Origin: Octopus vulgaris
Taxonomy: Eukaryota
NCBI GenBank assembly: GCA_951406725.2
Contig: OX597828.1
Location: 44,330,001 to 44,394,000 of the forward strand
DNA: 64,000 nt
Reading direction: 5' to 3'
Shown: positions 56,181 through 64,000 of the stretch, piece after piece
Numbering within the stretch: position 1 is the first letter of the stretch
Layout: each line of letters starts with the position of its first letter
Notes under the pieces: model-generated
Database searches by the model: none
What the model was told of the DNA's origin: nothing
What the model saw: only the letters and a program-made list of their open reading frames with translations
Position numbers and translations under genes: made by a program

Positions 56181-57629
56181 CGCAAAATGCACATACGCTA
56201 ATGTGTGTGTGCCTGGTGTGTCAGTGACTGTGTATGCAGGTAAAGAGGTGGTTATGTACATTGATAATTACATTGATATACGTGTGTGTATGTTTGTGCG
56301 TTTGTGAGCGCGTGTGAGTTTGTGTGTATCTACATATACATATACATGCAAATGCAAATATGTGTGTATACCTGCGTTCGCATGTGTACTAGAAGAATTA
56401 TGCAATAAAAGTTTATGCGCCAATTACTAGTTCATTCAAACGAAGCTATACATATTTGAAATGAAGAGCTACAGGAAATGACTCAACAGAGCGAAATATA
56501 TAACTTTCGGGAAGTGTGATACAGTATGATTTACTTAATACAGCCTGCCATAAATTGTAATTAATTAAATATTTATCCTTAAATCTGAGAAAGAGCCGAC
56601 AAGTAGTGACAACTGTTAAACACTCTAGTACAAGATAATTTTTTATAAAATTTAGAGCTAAAATCTTCGAGTGGAAATACAATCTCATTTTCTTTTCTTC
56701 ACGCGAGAAGCAAATGACTAAAGACGTATGTTTCGGTATATTTGTCCTCGTCAGTCTAGTACAGTTTAGTCAAGCTGGCAGATCGTTTGGGAATAACCAA
56801 TGAGACCAATAACGTGATTTGTATAAGTATGTTGACAGAGGAACTAGAAATATGATTATTGCCCTTTTTCTGCATATTAGCAACAAAGGCTACTGTTTCT
56901 ATGAATGGGGGTTATTTCGAGAAATACGCTGTTAATTTCTGGAAATTTTTTTAATTCTTTCTCCAGTCTCCCCATCTTTGAAAGGAAATCCTTTCAATTA
57001 TACATGTATGTTCAATAGCCTTTATTAGATCGGTCCAGAGACAAGTCCTTGTCCCGGAAGCTGTGGAAGTAATTCCCCATTTTCTTTTCTTTATATTACG
57101 AAGGGTTGAATTTAAATGACAAAGAACACGGTATGTTCAACCGATTATTTCAACCAATCATTTCAACCTCTGCTTTCATTTTCACATCCCCAAGTTTTAG
57201 CTCCTTTACATTTTTCATTCCGTGTTTGCATTTTTTGCTTTTCTTTGTAATATACTCACGTTAAGTAAGTTATACAGAATCATTCCTTATAGGTTTATAT
57301 ATACACATATATATCATTCTGCATATGTATGTATATATATATACATGTATATATATATGAGAGGACAACGAACGACAGTGTTACTGAACACACTCAGTAG
57401 AAATGTCATTAACATTCGTTAGGTTATCAACATTGCTTTTACTCAGTAATTTGACTGCGGCCATGCTGGAGCACCACCTTTAGTCGAACAAATCGACCCC
57501 AGGACTTATTCTTTGTAAGCTTAGTACTTATCCTATCGGTTCTCTTTTGCCGAACCGCTTACGTTACGGGGGCGTGGACACACCAACATCGCTTGTCAAG
57601 CGATGGTGGAGGGGACAAACAGACAGACA

Positions 57630-57669
<40 letters not shown>

Positions 57670-58598
57670 TATATGTATACAGAACCCTGTTGTACTCTTT
57701 CACCTCAACTTTCTCTTACTCTTTCTTCTTGCTTCTGTTGTACCTGTATTTCAAAGAGCTAGTCTTGTCACACTCTGTGTCACGCTGAATCTCACCCGGG
57801 AACTACGTTAAGGGTACACGTGTCTGTGGAGTGCTCAGCCACTTGCACGTTAATTTGAACAGCAGGCTGTTCCGTTGATCGGATCAACTGGGACCCTCGT
57901 CGTCGTAACCGACAGTGTGCCGCGATTGACAAAGATCACCACTAATATTGATCAGAATTTGTCTCAATAATCAAAACCGCGTTGATTTAGAGTTAATACG
58001 AGAACTGGATTAAAGTAAGCATGTTTAAATCCTTGGTTCAAATCCTTCAGACTGTACCACGATTATATAATTCATATTTAATTTATATTAAGGCTTATAT
58101 GCCAACGTTTTAATAACGTTGATTCACTAACTTGAAATTGCCTCTCACTCCTGACAACAAGAACAGAGCGATCATTAATTTAATCTGCATACTACCGCTT
58201 GTTAAACAAGATACCAGTAATTCCGGCGGGTCAGTTCTGGACACCTTACTTAATTGTCATTAAACTAAAATTGGATATTGTAATGAGTAATTGCTTCTTA
58301 ACAAACCACACACGTTCTATGGCGCTCTAATACAATATATTCAAAGTTCTGGAATTGCGACGCAAGCATATAAATTTGGTGTATACAGTATTGTCGTAAA
58401 GCAAATTTGATTTGATTGTGCGGTAAATTTGATATTTACTCCGAAATTCTTTGAGTAGTCTACTGTACGCAATACTCGGGTGGAATTGCAGTTTTCCATT
58501 TATATTTTATTAAATTCAAGACAATAATAATTTTACAGTGTTATCGTTTAACGAATTATGGAAACAATTTACATGAACACATGACGTCAGTATGTGTA

Positions 58599-58638
<40 letters not shown>

Positions 58639-58687
58639 CATATATATTATATTAAACTATATTTATTATATTATTATATATTTATAC

Positions 58688-58728
<41 letters not shown>

Positions 58729-58805
58729 CACATGTATATATATACACATGTATATATATACATACATACATATATATATATATACATATATATGTACATA
58801 TATAT

Positions 58806-58893
<88 letters not shown>

Positions 58894-59049
58894 CATACAT
58901 ACAAAATACATATATTCTTTTCTTTTATTCTTTTATCGTTTTATTTGTTTCACTCATTTAGCTGCGGCTATGCTGGAGCACCGCCTTTAGTCGAACAAAT
59001 CGACTCCAGGATTTATTCGTTGTAAGCCTAGTAATTATTCTATCGGTAT

Positions 59050-59355
59050 CTCAGAACTAGAAAGGAGAAAGGTAATTCGAAGACTACAGATCTAATCCAT
59101 CACCGGAACTATAAAAACCTGTAAAACTTTCTAGAAGTTTATCATTTAAATTTATATGAACATGTCTAGATATGCAACTATATGCATGAGAATACATAGA
59201 AAAAGCAGGGCATACAAATCTGCACATACATACATACATACATACAAAAATACCCGGTTACTGATGTTGAAAATCCAATAAAGGAGCCTTAGATCTAGCT
59301 TAGAACCGGCTCTTTCTCTAATAGCCAGAAATCTTGAAATAAAACTGAACAATGA
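59050..59355 (+). mobile_element. 3' end of the (CATA)n-associated R4-like family
   Basis: Homologous to 13330-13666. Ends aaactgaacaatga followed by about 450 bp of (CATA)n-type repeat. Confidence 0.87.
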
Positions 59356-60609
59356 CATACATACATACATACATATATACATACATACATACATACATAC
59401 ATACATGCATGCATACATACATATATACATACATATATACATACATACATACATGCAAACGTACATATAAACATACATATATACATATATACATATATAC
59501 ATACATATATATATTCATACATACATACATACATACATACATACATACATACATACATACATACATACATACATACATGCATGCATACATACATACATAC
59601 ATACATGCATACATACATACATACATACATACATACATACATACATACATACATACATACATACATACATACATACATACATACATACATACATACATAC
59701 ATACATACATGCATACATACATACATACATACATACATACATACATACATACATACATACATACATACATACATACATACATACATACATACATACATAC
59801 ATACATACATACGGGACAATGAGAAAATCTTTACACTGTTGATCGGTCTGCTGGGTATTGCAATCAACTCTCCCTCAAAGAAACTTCTATTGTATTAAAC
59901 AAAGAGAACGACTCATTAGATAATGTATCCTAGGTACGTAGGTCCCTACCAAAACCAAAGCAGTAGAGACACAATGTTAAAAAACATTAAACGGAGTCGT
60001 CATATATGGAAAGCTTTTTATCACATGATACGGTTTCTACGAGCTAACAGAAAATTGAAGACGACATGTTGGTTTGGTGCCTTATCAAAAAAACACTTCG
60101 ACCTCCATCTTAGAGAGACGTTTAAACTTCATCGATTCGACCCCAGTGACAGCTCAACGACGGAAACTGGATACGAACGCTAGTCCCCCGGGCAATTACC
60201 TAGTAACACTATCGTCCAGGATATAGTGGCTCTGTCTTCCGGCGAGTGTGTTCAATTCCCATTGGAATCGTGAGTGTTGACATGGGCCGATTGGCTGGCT
60301 GGCTGGTGTGTGGTTGGATTATCATATAAATATTTGTTGTGCGTTATGAAAGAGAAGGACAGAGAGAGAGAAAAAAAGACAGAGAGGGGTGTCAGAAAGA
60401 GAGGGGTGTTAGAGAGAGAGAGGTAGACAGACATACAGGCAAAAGGAGAAAGAGAGAGTTGAAACAGACGGGCTGTTTACTTGCAAGACGAAACTGGTGG
60501 AGTTGTACGGAGATGACCTTGTAAAAATATCAACTTGCTAGACGTTAGAAAATAAACTAAGAGACATAATGCGCGCGTGCTTGCAGGCGTGCATCCGTCT
60601 GTGTGTGTA

Positions 60610-60661
<52 letters not shown>

Positions 60662-60823
60662 TGTGTGCGTGTGTTAAAAGAAAGTGAGAGAGAGAGAGAG
60701 AGAATAAGAGCGAGTAGAGAAACTTACGCCCGTACATGTTTTTGTGTATACTCACACACATTGATGCATGCACAGACAAATATACGTGCTCATACACATA
60801 CATCTGTGTGTATGTGTGTGTGT

Positions 60824-60895
<72 letters not shown>

Positions 60896-61303
60896 CGATA
60901 AACATCGTTTGTGTTGACGGAGCAGAATAGAGGACAAATCGGTGATATACCAGGAGACCCGGAGAGTAAAACAATGTATACATATCCGTAGTATAACATA
61001 TCTAAATAAGAAAGATAGCCCGAACGATAGAGAGGAAGACAGACAGACAGACAAAGGTGGAGAGAGAGAGAGAGAGAGAGAAGGAGAAAGACATCGGAGA
61101 GAAGTAGTAATAGGATGATTTATTCGTCTTGATGAATTTGAACACTCCTACCCCAGACAATGTGTTGTGATGGTGCGGTCGACTGTCTCGTCGGACCCTG
61201 AGGGACATAAAGAAACAGTGATGAGTATAATTTACACATTCCCTCGGTGGGTGTGTTTGAGTGTGTATATCGAATAATCAGCATCTACATCATTTGTAAA
61301 CAC

Positions 61304-61379
<76 letters not shown>

Positions 61380-61419
61380 TGGGGAAGAGGGGTGGATGGA
61401 TAGATAGATAATGCATATG

Positions 61420-61450
<31 letters not shown>

Positions 61451-61488
61451 TTATTGCTAAATTTAATTTTCCTCTATAAATATATATG

Positions 61489-61598
<110 letters not shown>

Positions 61599-61879
61599 TA
61601 CATATATGTATACATACATACTTACCTGTACATACATTTGGTTATATATATATATATATATATATATATCTGTGTGTGTGCGCGTGTGTACGTGTGTACG
61701 TGTGTGCGTGTGTGCGTGTCCATGTGTATGTATGTGTGTGTATGTGTGTTTGTGTGTATCATTCATCTTGAGAAATTTTAACATACATATTTTTCACTAT
61801 GTTCACATGAAGACGCAGCTCGAAATATCTGGGTTGAAATACTCTGAGATGGGTGAAAAATTAATCTTGGACAAATACT

Positions 61880-62450
61880 TAGCACAGGAAGCCTCACTAA
61901 TTCACCAGAGAAGCTTCAGTGTCTCTATGGGAACTAAGATGAACCTCAATAATGCCAATCTTTTTGTAGGCCCATCTGAAGAGCAAATCTTTGCAAATTC
62001 CCTGGACCTATCTCAGAGTTGTTATGGTCGTTGTATTGAGGACTGTGTTAACACCACCACCCTTATCAGACACCATCTCAACCATCTCATCTCTTTCGTT
62101 AATGCCTTTCACCCTGCCTGGGAATTTACCTCCAACTTAACCATTACTTCTATTAGTTTTGTCGCCATAAACAATATCCACCAATCAATCTGCATCCACT
62201 GCTTTCCCACTGCTTTCCCACTGCTTTCTCCACTACTCTGCCTCTTACCTCAAGCTTACTGAATCTGCCATACCTTTCTCTCAATGCCTTCGCTACTTTC
62301 GTCGTTACAGGAGTATTGATTCGGATTTCGAATCTTAATGCCGAACAATGCGTTAATTCTTCCAGAATCGAGAGTACTCACCATTAGTTTTGTATCGAGC
62401 CCTGTTCCCAGACCGTTCACTGCGCTGTCCCATCATTCTCTTATCGTCTT
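61880..62450 (+). mobile_element. Penelope-like reverse transcriptase remnant
   Basis: Encodes SVSMGTKM...ANLFVG..EEQIF...YGRCIEDC...[14 protein letters not shown] and later LPYLSQCLR...FFQNREY, matching PLE motifs (GxxMGT, RYIDD, NxxHPxLxFT, IPYSQxLR). Confidence 0.8.
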
Positions 62451-62679
62451 TATGGACTTCTACTGATCGCTTTCCACTCTTACCTTCCATCCTTCTGTCA
62501 ATCCATTGACAGATAAACTCATCTGCTTCTGTATTCTGCTTTCTGAACACACAACCGCTCTAATATTCAAGTATTTTTTTCTTCTTAATTTCTCAAACGT
62601 TTTCAGAGATGTGTTTTTCTCCAACTGGATTGGATTGCAACATCAATTAGAAGACAAAGCTTTTCAATATGACTTTTTC

Positions 62680-63290
62680 ACATTGAAACCGGTTCGAGAG
62701 AAGCTCTAGAGACACGGAAGTGCTGTCAACGAGGTGTTCACAGGGTGTTCACAGGGTGACGAAACCGTTCCGCATGCACTCATCCAGTGTCCGTGTATTA
62801 CTGACTTGTGGAGTTTTTTCGAACAGCTGTTGACGCGTGTAGGACGGATCTGGTTATCAGCCGAGTCCATCGTGAAGATCGCCCCGCCGCCTTCCTTTGG
62901 CCGAGAATGAAAGGCAGTTTTCCTCGGTCTGGTGGCTATGGTAAAGGAAGTGGTGTAGTGGACGAGATTGAAAAAACTGAAGACCTCTACTTTTCTCTTC
63001 GGCCAAGTCCTCATCGAGTTTTTTTAGTTCCATTTGAAAAGGAAAGTGAGGGTGAATGGGAATTTCTGGACCCCAGTATTTTTGTTGAAAGGTGGATGAA
63101 TGTGGCGAAGATGGCCCTTGTGAATGGGCTTACTCTAAACTTGGGTCTGTAAACCGGAGGTGGTTGAGAAGGAGAGAGGCGCGCCTGCGGAAGTGCATCT
63201 GGCGGTCGGGATAACCAAGAGGTATGGAATTACTCGATTGTCCCTATCAAAAACTCCCCACTTTTGGGGAATATTATTGTTTAATTGTTT
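62680..63290 (+). mobile_element. Tx1/L1-like LINE ORF2 C-terminus and 3' UTR
   Basis: Encodes PVREKL*RHGSAVN...CSQGDETVPHALIQCPCITDLW...KEVV*WTR...FVERW...LGL*, a zf-RVT-type CCHC region, followed by a non-coding tail. Confidence 0.7.
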
Positions 63291-63624
63291 AGTTAATTGT
63301 CATTGTTATTTCATTATTTAATCGATTTTTGTGTTAAATTCCACGTGTCACTAGTTTTCTATTGTCTTTATTTGTATTGTATTCGGCTCCTGTGGCAATA
63401 AAGAAACAACAATTGTTATTATCATCATCATCATCATCATCATTATTATTATTATTGTTGTTGTTGTTATTGTTGTTGTTGTTGTTGTTGTTGTTGTTCT
63501 TGTTCTTGTTCTTGTTGTTCTTGTTGTTCTTGTTGTTGCTGCTGCTGTTGTTGTTGCTATTATTATTATCTTTCTGCCAGTCACTGTTTCATAGAAATAC
63601 TTACATCAATACATACATACATGC

Positions 63625-63844
<220 letters not shown>

Positions 63845-64000
63845 GGGTGGGGGTGGAAGGAGCTGAGGATTACTTGTCTTATGACACGTAAAAATATATC
63901 TCCAACAGAAAACAATCTTTTGTACCAGAAAACCATCGAAAAACTCAAATGTTCAAACCGTTTTAAACTGGTGGACAGCAAAAGATAGGGGCGACTTTAT

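Noticed and set aside
60255-60335. Two ATTGG (reverse CCAAT) motifs and TATAAATA
   Set aside because: Short motifs expected by chance in AT-rich DNA, with no supportable downstream exon.

Overview
This is repeat-saturated eukaryotic intergenic or intronic DNA. The very dense (TA)n, (TAA)n, (CATA)n, (GATA)n and (CA)n tracts and the SINE families point to an octopus or other coleoid cephalopod genome (inference). No host protein-coding gene, rRNA, genuine tRNA gene or CRISPR array can be supported, and nearly all ORFs in the track are microsatellite translation artefacts. The recognisable coding remnants are all transposon-derived: R4/Dong-like and Hero-like RLE retrotransposons, a Tx1/L1-like 3' end, CR1/L2-like LINE fragments, Penelope RT and GIY-YIG fragments, mariner derivatives and a Helitron helicase fragment. 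Two non-autonomous Helitrons, MITEs and at least three tRNA-type SINE families are also present. The most notable hidden signal is about 15 type-I hammerhead-ribozyme-like motifs from several families, with minimal or palindromic stem III. They sit in short microsatellite-embedded elements, some tandemly duplicated and some at near-perfect fold-back hairpins, consistent with Penelope pLTR or retrozyme-like RNAs. R4-like retrotransposons also appear to partition between (TAA)n and (CATA)n targets. All folds were read by eye and none has been tested.
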